NCBI GenBank assembly: GCA_001777665.1
Contig: MFEQ01000004.1
Span: 64,679 to 128,678, forward strand
Length of the DNA stretch: 64,000 nt
DNA from: Candidatus Doudnabacteria bacterium RIFCSPHIGHO2_02_FULL_42_25
GTDB taxonomy: Bacteria > Patescibacteriota > Doudnabacteria > UBA920 > O2-02-FULL-48-8
Reading direction: 5' to 3'
The translations under genes and the position numbers were made by a program. Below the pieces are notes generated by a model that was not told where the DNA came from, did no database searches, and worked only from the letters and a program-made list of their open reading frames with translations. The first letter of the stretch is position 1; every line of letters starts with the position of its first letter. Shown here in pieces: positions 29,627 through 37,815 of this stretch.

Positions 29627-30139
29627 TTAGTACGCCTCGACCTTGGCGAAATTATTCAAAAAATTAATATTTGGAGTTTCAAATTTATAAGGCATCTCCA
29701 ACTCCAATTCATAAGTTGGTTCGGTATCTATAGAACCAATCTCTATTATTGCTCCCAAAACCTTTCCTTGTGTATCGTATGAAATCTGTTGTTGCCCCTC
29801 ATAACCCGATCTCACCTGGTCAGTTAAATGATTAATCGCGAGTGAGTAAGCTTCTATTGTTGGTTCGAAATCCTCGAATGGAATTGTTGCAACTTCAGTG
29901 AAGGCCAGATAGAATTGTTCATAAAAATCATTTTGCGCATCCCAAACGAAGGTAACCGTATCGACAACTCCCTGGGCTTGCTGATTCATATCAAGAATCG
30001 TAACTGCCTGCGCTACATCAGACTGCATTTGAGGAGTGAGGCCGGTGAAAAAAACAATTCCAACCACTACCACACCGACAAATCCCCAGGCAACTAATGA
30101 AGTCTCAAACCAATTTAAATTTTGATAATCTGTTTTCAT
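29627..30139 (-). CDS. Acidic single-TM protein (paralogue 1)
   Basis: Start MKTDY; TM, then LDM...FYEQ. Confidence 0.7.
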   Translation of the reverse strand: MKTDYQNLNWFETSLVAWGFVGVVVVGIVFFTGLTPQMQSDVAQAVTILDMNQQAQGVVDTVTFVWDAQNDFYEQFYLAFTEVATIPFEDFEPTIEAYSLAINHLTDQVRSGYEGQQQISYDTQGKVLGAIIEIGSIDTEPTYELELEMPYKFETPNINFLNNFAKVEAY

Positions 30140-30326
30140 AATATGCTTTTTGTTTTTGAAGATAATCAAAAAGATCGGACTTGGTGATTACCCAATCCCG
30201 TCCAATTTTACGCGCTCTGATTTTACCTTTACGCGCTAACAAATTTAAATAGTCCGCGCTGTAAGGACTTAAGCTCGATGCGTCCTTCAAGCTTAAAAGC
30301 TCAAGGTCCGATGCTTGGCTGTTCAT
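30105..30326 (-). CDS. Small helix-turn-helix protein (excisionase/MerR-like, HTH_17 type)
   Basis: LSLKDAS...YSADYLNLLARKGKIRARKIGRDWVI. Confidence 0.8.
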   Translation of the reverse strand: MNSQASDLELLSLKDASSLSPYSADYLNLLARKGKIRARKIGRDWVITKSDLFDYLQKQKAYYENRLSKFKLV

Positions 30327-30521
30327 TTATTTAATTTTCTTTTTGTTTTAGACCCTTTTTGTTTCGATCAGGATCGGCTAGCCGATACTATATCTACTTG
30401 TATTATAGCAAAAAATCGCTCTCTTGTCAACAATTCAGGCTAGTAATAAGTAAGGAGTAATTAGTAAATAGAAAACTGCGGGGTTGGCCGCAGTTTCTTA
30501 TTACTTTTTACTTATTACTAA

Positions 30522-30896
30522 TTACTTGAGCGTGACTTTCGCGCCAGCTTCTTCGAGTTTTTTCTTTAATTCTTCAGCTTCGGCTTTTGCGATATTTTCT
30601 TTAATCGCTTTAGGAGCAGCATCAACTAAGTCTTTCGCTTCTTTCAAACCCTTGCCAGTAGCTTCGCGTACGACTTTGATGACGTTGATCTTGTTGGCCC
30701 CGGCATCGGTAAGCTCAACTGTGAATTCAGTCTTTTCTTCTACAGCAGCAGCTCCACCTGCAGCCGGGCCTGCGGCCATCATCATCGGAGCCGCAGCAGA
30801 AACACCAAACTTTTCTTCCAAAATTTTCACCAATTCAGAAAGCTCGAGGGCCGTTAACTTTTCAATCTCTGAAACGATATTATCAAAATTTGCCAT
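30522..30896 (-). CDS. rplL: 50S ribosomal protein L7/L12
   Basis: [25 protein letters not shown]. Confidence 0.98.
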   Translation of the reverse strand: MANFDNIVSEIEKLTALELSELVKILEEKFGVSAAAPMMMAAGPAAGGAAAVEEKTEFTVELTDAGANKINVIKVVREATGKGLKEAKDLVDAAPKAIKENIAKAEAEELKKKLEEAGAKVTLK

Positions 30897-30910
30897 ATGT
30901 GTAATCCTTT

Positions 30911-31435
30911 CTAATTCGACCTTTTGTCCTTAATTGCGTTAAGTACGTTAAGAAGATTTCGAGTATTCCCGAAAAGTACAGTGACTAATCCCCTAGCCGG
31001 ACCCGCGATAACAGAAACTAATTGGCCTAAGAGTTGTTGTTTGGTTGGAAGTGTTGCAAGTCTGCTGACAACTGTTGCGTCAACTAATTCTGAATTGAAA
31101 ATTCCACCATCGAGAATCAACTGCGGATTTTCTTTTGTCATACCTTTGAGAACTCTTGCTGGAGTTGTTTCCTCTTCTTCTGAAACCGCAATCGCGACTG
31201 GTCCTGTATATTTCATTCCGTCAGTTTTAATTCCAAGTGCTTCCATCGCTTTCTTGAGTAGAGTAACTTTTACAACTTGGTACTGCACATTTTCTTTACG
31301 GAGATTTCTTCGTACGAGGTTCATTTGCTTCACAGTCATGCCACGGTATTCCGTGAATACAACACCTCGAGCTTTTTTCAAAAGCTCTGTGAGTGAAGCA
31401 AGTATTGATTCTTTCTCTTTCCTGGTTATAGCCAT
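30911..31435 (-). CDS. rplJ: 50S ribosomal protein L10
   Basis: EYRGMTV, LATLPTK; directly upstream of rplL. Confidence 0.96.
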   Translation of the reverse strand: MAITRKEKESILASLTELLKKARGVVFTEYRGMTVKQMNLVRRNLRKENVQYQVVKVTLLKKAMEALGIKTDGMKYTGPVAIAVSEEEETTPARVLKGMTKENPQLILDGGIFNSELVDATVVSRLATLPTKQQLLGQLVSVIAGPARGLVTVLFGNTRNLLNVLNAIKDKRSN

Positions 31436-31539
31436 AGTTATTATCTACGAACTTACGAAATTTTTACGAAAGTACGAAGAGCTAATTTTTTTCGTATTTT
31501 CGTACTTGTTCGTACTTTCGTAGCCGTTAATTATATAAA

Positions 31540-31640
31540 ATAAAAACTGTCAGATTCAAAGACAGTGATTGCTTGCCGATTTATCGGCTCTCATCTGCTT
31601 AGCGAATTAAGGCATATAGCCAGCTAAGGTCTTTGAATTA
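31540..31640 (-). ncRNA. L10 leader (rplJL attenuator)
   Basis: AAGAC-CTTAGC...TTAAT...GCTAAG-CAGA core, antiterminator ATTCAAAGAC/GTCTTTGAAT, terminator ACTGTC/GACAGT plus T-run. Confidence 0.75.
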
Positions 31641-31729
31641 AGTTCTCACATAGTATAAATGATTTTCGGCATCAGGTCAAGAGCGCAACCTCGATAAAAA
31701 ATCGGGTCCCATATAGGAACCCGGCGGGT

Positions 31730-31936
31730 CTAGTACCAAGCAGCTCTTCGCTGAAGTGAACCGTAATTGATACGATCCAGCTCCGCGTCAGAGAGTCGCA
31801 GCGCTGGGCCGTGCTGAGCGTCTTTGAGATCGACTTTCTTGTTTTTGATCTCTTTTCGTCGCGCCCGTTCAAGAAGACGCTTGTGTCTTGCTCGCCCCCG
31901 GACTCGTTTCCTCCGTATTCGCCATTGTATACTCAT
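31730..31936 (-). CDS. Arg/Lys-rich small hypothetical protein
   Basis: 68 aa GC-rich ORF followed by a hairpin and T-run. Confidence 0.5.
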   Translation of the reverse strand: MSIQWRIRRKRVRGRARHKRLLERARRKEIKNKKVDLKDAQHGPALRLSDAELDRINYGSLQRRAAWY

Positions 31937-32041
31937 CTTCGCACCCCTGTGGATAACAGCTTAACATAAAAACCCCAGCTTTCGCCAGAGTCCCTTTTTA
32001 CTTATTACTTTTTACCTGCCTGCCGGCAGGCAGGCTTATTA

Positions 32042-33130
32042 CTATCTCAAGTATTTCGCCCTATTCTCCCCATGCTCTTCCAGAGTCTTGGCAAAATATG
32101 CTGTTCCATCAGGTGAATTCAAGAAAAATAAATAATCAGAGTTCGCGGGATAAATTGCTGCTTTGATCGAATCAATTCCTGGATTGCCTATCGGTCCTGG
32201 TGGTAATCCACGATTAGCATAAGTGTTGTAGGGAGATTTAATTTTCGTATCTTCGATGGTTACAGACCGATCGGATTTCCCTGTCACATAATTTATCGTT
32301 GCATCTGATTCTAACGCCATACCAATTTCTAGTCGATTATAAAACACTGATGCGACCAGTTCTCTTTCGTTCTGCATAATTTCCAAATCTTCATCAGTAA
32401 GATTTTCTTTATTCCTTCCGACTTCCTTCTCTATGATAGAAGCTAAAATCAATATTTGTCCGAAATCATAATTTGTTTTCTCCGCATCTTCCACCATTTG
32501 ATCTGTAACCTTACTTTCAAAATTATTTAACATTTTACTAATCAAATCTTCTAGATGATTTTCTTTACTCAAGGTGTAAGTGTCCGGAAATAAAAATCCT
32601 TCGTAGTTAAATTTGTCACCCAAAATTTTAAATTCAAAATCAAAGTTGCCAGCCAAGGCATTATTAAATTCGGTTTCAGAACTGATGATATTTCTGTTAA
32701 CCAAATATTTTCCAATTTGTTTATTACTCCAGCCTTCGATCATGGTCACGTTCCGATTCTCACTCACAACTTTTCCGTGCGTCAGGATGTCGACAATTTC
32801 TGGAATTGCCATGTTGCTGTTTAACACATATTCGCCTGCCTGAATTTTTCCTCCAGCATTGTGAAGCTTAGTATAAATCAAAAAAATATATTTATTGCCT
32901 ATAACTTTTTCTTCCCATAGCAGCTGCCCGGTTTGTTTGGTCGAAAATCCTTTTTCTACAGTGATGTTTATTTCATGACTTTCGTCAGTAGCAGCGGCAT
33001 TAACTTTAGTTAGATAGTAAGTAACCATCACTAACCCTACTACAACAATCAATGCCAACAGCAGTAAAAGGCTTTTGCGCAGCCCTCGCTTTGGATCAAT
33101 TATTTGATATTCGTTCGGATTCATTTGCAT
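32042..33130 (-). CDS. mltG: Endolytic transglycosylase MltG
   Basis: EGFLFPDTY, LASIIEKE, SPYNTY, GLPPGPI. Confidence 0.95.
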   Translation of the reverse strand: MQMNPNEYQIIDPKRGLRKSLLLLLALIVVVGLVMVTYYLTKVNAAATDESHEINITVEKGFSTKQTGQLLWEEKVIGNKYIFLIYTKLHNAGGKIQAGEYVLNSNMAIPEIVDILTHGKVVSENRNVTMIEGWSNKQIGKYLVNRNIISSETEFNNALAGNFDFEFKILGDKFNYEGFLFPDTYTLSKENHLEDLISKMLNNFESKVTDQMVEDAEKTNYDFGQILILASIIEKEVGRNKENLTDEDLEIMQNERELVASVFYNRLEIGMALESDATINYVTGKSDRSVTIEDTKIKSPYNTYANRGLPPGPIGNPGIDSIKAAIYPANSDYLFFLNSPDGTAYFAKTLEEHGENRAKYLR

Positions 33131-33197
33131 AAAACTATTATAACATAAAAACTGCGGTTTCCGCCGCAGCTTCTGTTTACTGTTAACTGATTACTGT

Positions 33198-33677
33198 TTA
33201 CTGACTAAGAGTCAGCTTCTGATCCCGACTACCAAACAATTGGACTACCAAATTTGTGTTGTTGCGAGTGACTATGGCTAGGCCAACGTCAGAATAATAC
33301 GGAGACAAAATGTTTGCGCGGTGAGGTTCGGATTCCATCCAAGATTTTTCTAATTCCAAAGGATCAGAATAACCTTCTGCTAAGTTCTCACCGGCGTATG
33401 TGTAGTCATAACCCATGCTCGTGATCCAATGCCAGGGAGTCTCGCCATCAGGCGAAGTATGGGCAAAGTAATTGTCGGAGGACATGTCCTCGGCTTTAGC
33501 GAGTGCGGCCAAATTCAAAGTTGGATTCAGTGTTAGCTTCGAGAGACCGTGTAGAGAGCGGTCAGCATTTACCAAATCCAAAATAGCACGAGAAGTCAAC
33601 GGTTCTGACTTCATGCTCAAAGACATTGTTAGGGTTAAAAACCCCAATAAAAAACCAAACTTCAATTTGGAATTCAT
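33198..33677 (-). CDS. CAP/SCP domain secreted protein
   Basis: YFAHTSP, AGENLA, WMESEPHRANIL. Confidence 0.9.
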   Translation of the reverse strand: MNSKLKFGFLLGFLTLTMSLSMKSEPLTSRAILDLVNADRSLHGLSKLTLNPTLNLAALAKAEDMSSDNYFAHTSPDGETPWHWITSMGYDYTYAGENLAEGYSDPLELEKSWMESEPHRANILSPYYSDVGLAIVTRNNTNLVVQLFGSRDQKLTLSQ

Positions 33678-33785
33678 GTACCTAATATTCTTTTTTATTT
33701 TTGTTTCTTTAGTAAGACTCTCACCTTACATACATAGTATAGCAAATTTTCCGGATTTTGTAAATAGGTATGAGTAATTTCGCCC

Positions 33786-34254
33786 GCAGTTTTTCCCCTC
33801 CTAGAATAGGAGGGGCTAGGGGTGGTAGAACCTAAGGCAACTCACGAGAAATTTTTTCAATTACACCTTCAATACTTTCCCGAACCTCATCATTCGTAAA
33901 ACGAAGAAGTCGAATTTGATTAGATTCTAAAAAAACTTCTCTTCTCTTGTCATATTCGTTTCCTTTTGGATCTAGAAAATGTGAATCACCATCTACTTCA
34001 ATTCCTAACCTTAATTCATTACAATAAAAATCCAAAATATAATTACCAATTCCATATTGTCGTCTAAATTTATAACCTTTAAGGTTCTTACCTCTTAGAT
34101 AATACCAAAGAATCTGCTCTGCTTGAGGCATATTGTTCCTTAGTTGCTGTCTTCTGCTTTTATATTCTTTTTTGTTGTATAAATAATCCATACTTTATTC
34201 TACCTCACATTCTACCCCACCTAACCTCCCCTATTCTAGGGGAGGAACAACTGC
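33786..34254. mobile_element. DUF559 nuclease cassette bounded by 45-bp imperfect terminal inverted repeats
   Basis: 33786-33830 and 34210-34254 match at 37/45 positions; each contains a hairpin. Confidence 0.75.
33832..34191 (-). CDS. DUF559/Vsr-like PD-(D/E)XK endonuclease
   Basis: LRNNMPQAEQILW, KFRRQ, YILDFYC, IEVDGDSH, LRFTN. Confidence 0.92.
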   Translation of the reverse strand: MDYLYNKKEYKSRRQQLRNNMPQAEQILWYYLRGKNLKGYKFRRQYGIGNYILDFYCNELRLGIEVDGDSHFLDPKGNEYDKRREVFLESNQIRLLRFTNDEVRESIEGVIEKISRELP

Positions 34255-34377
34255 AAGCTTTCGCAAAGGCGATTTCCGGGATGGTTAAAAAACGTTAATT
34301 AATTTTTCTTCAAAAAAATCCACGGCTGAAAAATTGCCGCGGATTTTTATTTTTACGTTGTAGATCTACAACTTAAT

Positions 34378-35061
34378 TTAAGACTTGATGTCTCGTTCAA
34401 TTCGATCGAGCACTTTGCTCGCATGTTCTTTTCCACCCAGACCAAACGCCAGACCACCAGCGATCGCTAACATAGCGATGATACCAGTGAAGAGCGTTGT
34501 CACAAATCCTTCTGCAACTCTAAGTTGATCCAAAGTTGCAAGAACAGTGAAGATCATCACAGCCCAAGTCGTAACTGTTGCCAGAAGATCAGCAGAAACG
34601 AGTCCGGCAGCTTTGACGCTGTGGCGGACCAAGTTTCCCAAAAATCTCGCAAGCATCGTACCAACTAACAGAATCGCAGCGGCAGCGATGACGCTTGGAA
34701 TGTAAAGCAACACTTGATTCAAGAACGCTGAGATTTCTGTAAGATTCAAAATATCAGCTGCAGCGAGGAAGACAGCAATTAACAAAAACCACTTCACGAG
34801 CCAAGCTAGAGTGCCTGACACGCTCATCTTCATTCCAGTGCGGTTTGATATTTCATCCAATCCCAGTTTGTCTCCGATCTCGTCAACTTTTGCAGAATGC
34901 AAAACTTGTCTGATAAGTTTTGCCACAAAGGATGCAACTACCCAGCCAACGACCAGAATAATGACCGCGACTAAGAAGTTTGGCAAAAAATTTATGAAAC
35001 GTGCGTAGAGATTCTGTAACGAATCAGCTACAGTTTGAGAATAAGAATTGTAATCATTCAT
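34378..35061 (-). CDS. TM-helix-repeat membrane protein (CmpX/MscS N-terminal-like)
   Basis: FLPNFLVAVIIL and YIPSVIAAAAIL repeats; GLAFGLGGKE. Confidence 0.85.
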   Translation of the reverse strand: MNDYNSYSQTVADSLQNLYARFINFLPNFLVAVIILVVGWVVASFVAKLIRQVLHSAKVDEIGDKLGLDEISNRTGMKMSVSGTLAWLVKWFLLIAVFLAAADILNLTEISAFLNQVLLYIPSVIAAAAILLVGTMLARFLGNLVRHSVKAAGLVSADLLATVTTWAVMIFTVLATLDQLRVAEGFVTTLFTGIIAMLAIAGGLAFGLGGKEHASKVLDRIERDIKS

Positions 35062-35346
35062 TTTACCAATTCACCCCCTCTCATCCCCTCCCACCCCCAT
35101 TCTCGACCTTTAAGATATCTACGAACTACGAATTTTTACGAATATACGAACTGGGGTTAACCCTTTTCGTAAATTCGTGTTTGTTCGTAAGTTGCCAGCA
35201 CAAAAAAAGCAAAGCCCGAAATTCAGGTTTTACTCGTTTTTTCGCACTACGGATTGTTGTTGGGTTTCCATCAAAAAATCGTATCTATCCACATTATACA
35301 ATATAAAGCCCCCGCTTGTCAACGGGGGCAATATATTTTTGGTTTT

Positions 35347-35631
35347 TTAGAGGATTGCGTCTTTAGCAGCCTTGGCTACTCTGAACTTTACTACAGTCTT
35401 AGCAGGGATTTTGATTTGTTCCCCGGTAGCTGGGTTGCGGCCCATGCGGGCATCGCGGTGCTTCTTTAGAAGCTTACCCAACCCTGGCAGGGTGAATTCA
35501 CCACTATTCTTAGCTTCTGCATACGCTAGATTAGCGACAGCATCTAAGAATTCTGCCACTTCTTTGCGGGTTTTGCCGGTTTTCTCGGCTAGGGCGTTGA
35601 GCACCTCTGACTTGGTCATTCCTTTGGCCAT
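35347..35631 (-). CDS. hup: DNA-binding protein HU
   Basis: MTKSE, ARMGRNPATGEQIKIPAK. Confidence 0.95.
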   Translation of the reverse strand: MAKGMTKSEVLNALAEKTGKTRKEVAEFLDAVANLAYAEAKNSGEFTLPGLGKLLKKHRDARMGRNPATGEQIKIPAKTVVKFRVAKAAKDAIL

Positions 35632-35769
35632 GAACGTACCTTTCTTAATAAATTATTAACCTGCCTACCGTCAGGCAGGCAATCTGAAAACCAGTATAGC
35701 AAATCCTTAACAAATACGCTAGTTGCGGTCAAGGAATAAAAAAAGACCGCGGGTTTTAGTGACCGACGG

Positions 35770-35994
35770 TCAGGTCTGGACAATGTCGCTGGCAGCAGCC
35801 TTGGCCTGTTGTTCGGCGTGCTTCCGAGCGTTCCTGCGTACGCCATTCTGCGCCCAATTGTGCAAAATGCGTTCGGCGAAGGAAAGTTTTCTGTATGGAT
35901 TGTGGCGAAGTTCAAAAAACCACAGCCCAGCGCACGCGAGACTTCCGCCGACGACGATTATCTTCAGCCACTGTTGCCATGTCAAGTCAGCCAT
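35770..35994 (-). CDS. GC-rich small TM protein
   Basis: SD AGGAGG; single TM. Confidence 0.55.
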   Translation of the reverse strand: MADLTWQQWLKIIVVGGSLACAGLWFFELRHNPYRKLSFAERILHNWAQNGVRRNARKHAEQQAKAAASDIVQT

Positions 35995-36006
35995 CGGGAT
36001 TACCTC

Positions 36007-36150
36007 CTAGACTGGAAGTTTGAGGTTTTCCAGAATGTTCTCGCCGTCTGGAACCTTGGCGAGTCGTTCATAGCAGTACACGAGGGCAAAAACGCCAAAG
36101 CAGACAGTGCCCACAGCCACAACGACACCTACAACAACAAGTGTGTGCAT
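36007..36150 (-). CDS. GC-rich 47-aa TM peptide
   Basis: ATG 4 nt after the upstream stop; MHTLVVVGVVVAVG... Confidence 0.5.
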   Translation of the reverse strand: MHTLVVVGVVVAVGTVCFGVFALVYCYERLAKVPDGENILENLKLPV

Positions 36151-36154
36151 GCCC

Positions 36155-36454
36155 CTAGCCCCCTTCGTAGTAGACGCAAGGTAAATCGGTAAATGACGCG
36201 CGCCCTGTCCTGAAGTACTGGAATTCACGGTAGGACTCGAGTCGGCATTCGGGAAGCAATCGCGCCGGAGAACGATGAATCGCGCTTATGACCTCGTCTT
36301 CGAGATCCATGAGAAAAACTACAAGCCCCATGCATTCAGCGCCAATCGTATCGATGATCGTGACCTGATCCGCACCTATTTGCGTCAGTTCGTTGAGAAG
36401 TCCCGCTTTCGCCAGCGGGATCGAAATCGCCAGCTTGAAGTGCGTGACTTCCAT
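36155..36454 (-). CDS. GC-rich hypothetical protein
   Basis: SD-like AAGAGGG; first of three ORFs in tandem. Confidence 0.55.
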   Translation of the reverse strand: MEVTHFKLAISIPLAKAGLLNELTQIGADQVTIIDTIGAECMGLVVFLMDLEDEVISAIHRSPARLLPECRLESYREFQYFRTGRASFTDLPCVYYEGG

Positions 36455-36569
36455 GTGTATACCCTCTTGAAAGTTGAATTCGATAGTAAATAGTGTAGCT
36501 CAATTCTAAGGTTTCAACAAGGACTCTTGATTATTTTGCTATTTTTTGCTATAGTAATTTGGCTTTTTG

Positions 36570-36645
36570 GCCGTTGTAGCTCAGCTGGTAGAGCAACTCC
36601 ATGGTAAGGAGTAGGTCCGCGGTTCAATTCCGCGCAACGGCTCCA
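36570..36645 (+). tRNA. tRNA-Thr(GGT)
   Basis: GCCGTTG...CC-ATGGTAA-GG...GGTTCAATTCC...CAACGGC-T-CCA. Confidence 0.96.
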
Positions 36646-36791
36646 CGAGTCAACTAACCCTTAGGCCTCCGCGTATCCGACATCGTCGAATCCGCTCCGG
36701 CCTTCGGGATTACTGCCTCTCTCAAAACAAAATGTTATAACTAAATCTTAAAGTACATTTTGTTTTGTATTAACTCAAAAGAAAGGGATTC

Positions 36792-36947
36792 ATGTCACAA
36801 GATAATTTAATCAATTTGGAATGCACAGTTTGCCATCGGATCAACTACCATTCCAGAAAAAATAAAAAGCTGAATACTAACCGATTGGTTATTATTAAAT
36901 TTTGTAAGTGGGACAAGAAACGCACGGAACACAAAGAAACTAAGTAG
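36792..36947 (+). CDS. rpmG: 50S ribosomal protein L33 (not in ORF track)
   Basis: MSQDNLINLECTVCHRINYHSRKNKK...KFCKWDKKRTEHKETK, between tRNA-Thr and tRNA-Trp. Confidence 0.95.
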   Translation: MSQDNLINLECTVCHRINYHSRKNKKLNTNRLVIIKFCKWDKKRTEHKETK

Positions 36948-36970
36948 CTTTTCCCGCCAGAAGCGGGCAT

Positions 36971-37044
36971 GGGGGCTTAGTACAATGGTAGTATCTTCCT
37001 CTCCAAAAGGAAAGATGTGGGTTCGATTCCTACAGCCCCTGCCA
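36971..37044 (+). tRNA. tRNA-Trp(CCA)
   Basis: GGGGGCT...TTCCT-CTCCAAA-AGGAA...GGTTCGATTCC...AGCCCCT-G-CCA. Confidence 0.95.
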
Positions 37045-37075
37045 AAAAAGGCCTGACATATGTCAGGCCTTTTTT
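37044..37075. terminator. Bidirectional intrinsic terminator
   Basis: Perfect palindrome AAAAAAGGCCTGACATATGTCAGGCCTTTTTT between convergent units. Confidence 0.85.
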
Positions 37076-37083
37076 GATTTAAT

Positions 37084-37815
37084 TTATTTAGTTCTCACTA
37101 TTGGCAGGGTGAAGAAAAAGGTCGTTCCCTTCCCTAGCTGCGATTCAAACCAAATTTTGCCGCCAGAGCCTTCGATAAAAGCTTTGGCTATGTATAGACC
37201 CAAACCAGTACCCACTGACTCAACTTTCGAAACATTACTACCCCGGAAAAACTTTTCAAAGACATCTCCCGCCTGATCTTTTGGTATCCCTATTCCTGAA
37301 TCTGTAACTGAACAGACCAACATTGTTCGGTCTTCATCTTTAAATCTTAAATCAATCTTAACCTTTCCGTTGTCAGGAGTGTAGCTTACCGCATTCGCTA
37401 TAATATTATGGATTGCCTGTTTAATCTTTATCGGTTCAGTGCGAACGACTGGAAATGGTTCTTGTTCGACGGTGAAGCTGACATTTAAATTCTTTTGCTT
37501 GATCTCTTGCGCTTTGTCCATTAGCAACTGACGGATAATCACGACCATGTCGGTTGGTTGGAGATAAAGTTTGGTATCCCCTGACTCAATTCTGGAGACC
37601 TCCAATAGATCATTGACCAGGGCAATCATTCGTTCATTCAATGCATAAATTTTGAAAATAAAATCTTTTTGCTTTTTATTTAAAGTTCCAGTGTTGGGTT
37701 TTTGGAGTAGCTCCAACATCCACTTCATCCCTGACAATGGAGTACGCAATTGGTGCGATGTTAAATTTGCAAAATCAGCATTAATGCTGTTAAAATCTCT
37801 ATTTTTAGGTGGCAT
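37084..37815 (-). CDS. Sensor-less histidine kinase (HisKA-HATPase)
   Basis: SHQLRTPL, NIIANAVSYT, DSGIGI, GTGLGL. Confidence 0.9.
   Translation of the reverse strand: MPPKNRDFNSINADFANLTSHQLRTPLSGMKWMLELLQKPNTGTLNKKQKDFIFKIYALNERMIALVNDLLEVSRIESGDTKLYLQPTDMVVIIRQLLMDKAQEIKQKNLNVSFTVEQEPFPVVRTEPIKIKQAIHNIIANAVSYTPDNGKVKIDLRFKDEDRTMLVCSVTDSGIGIPKDQAGDVFEKFFRGSNVSKVESVGTGLGLYIAKAFIEGSGGKIWFESQLGKGTTFFFTLPIVRTK

Noticed and set aside
30105-30326. Prophage or ICE suggested by the excisionase-like HTH
   Set aside because: No integrase, att duplication or virion genes nearby
30484-31523. Long plus-strand ORFs opposite rplL/rplJ, and similar shadow ORFs elsewhere
   Set aside because: Antisense shadows of highly expressed genes with no recognisable motifs
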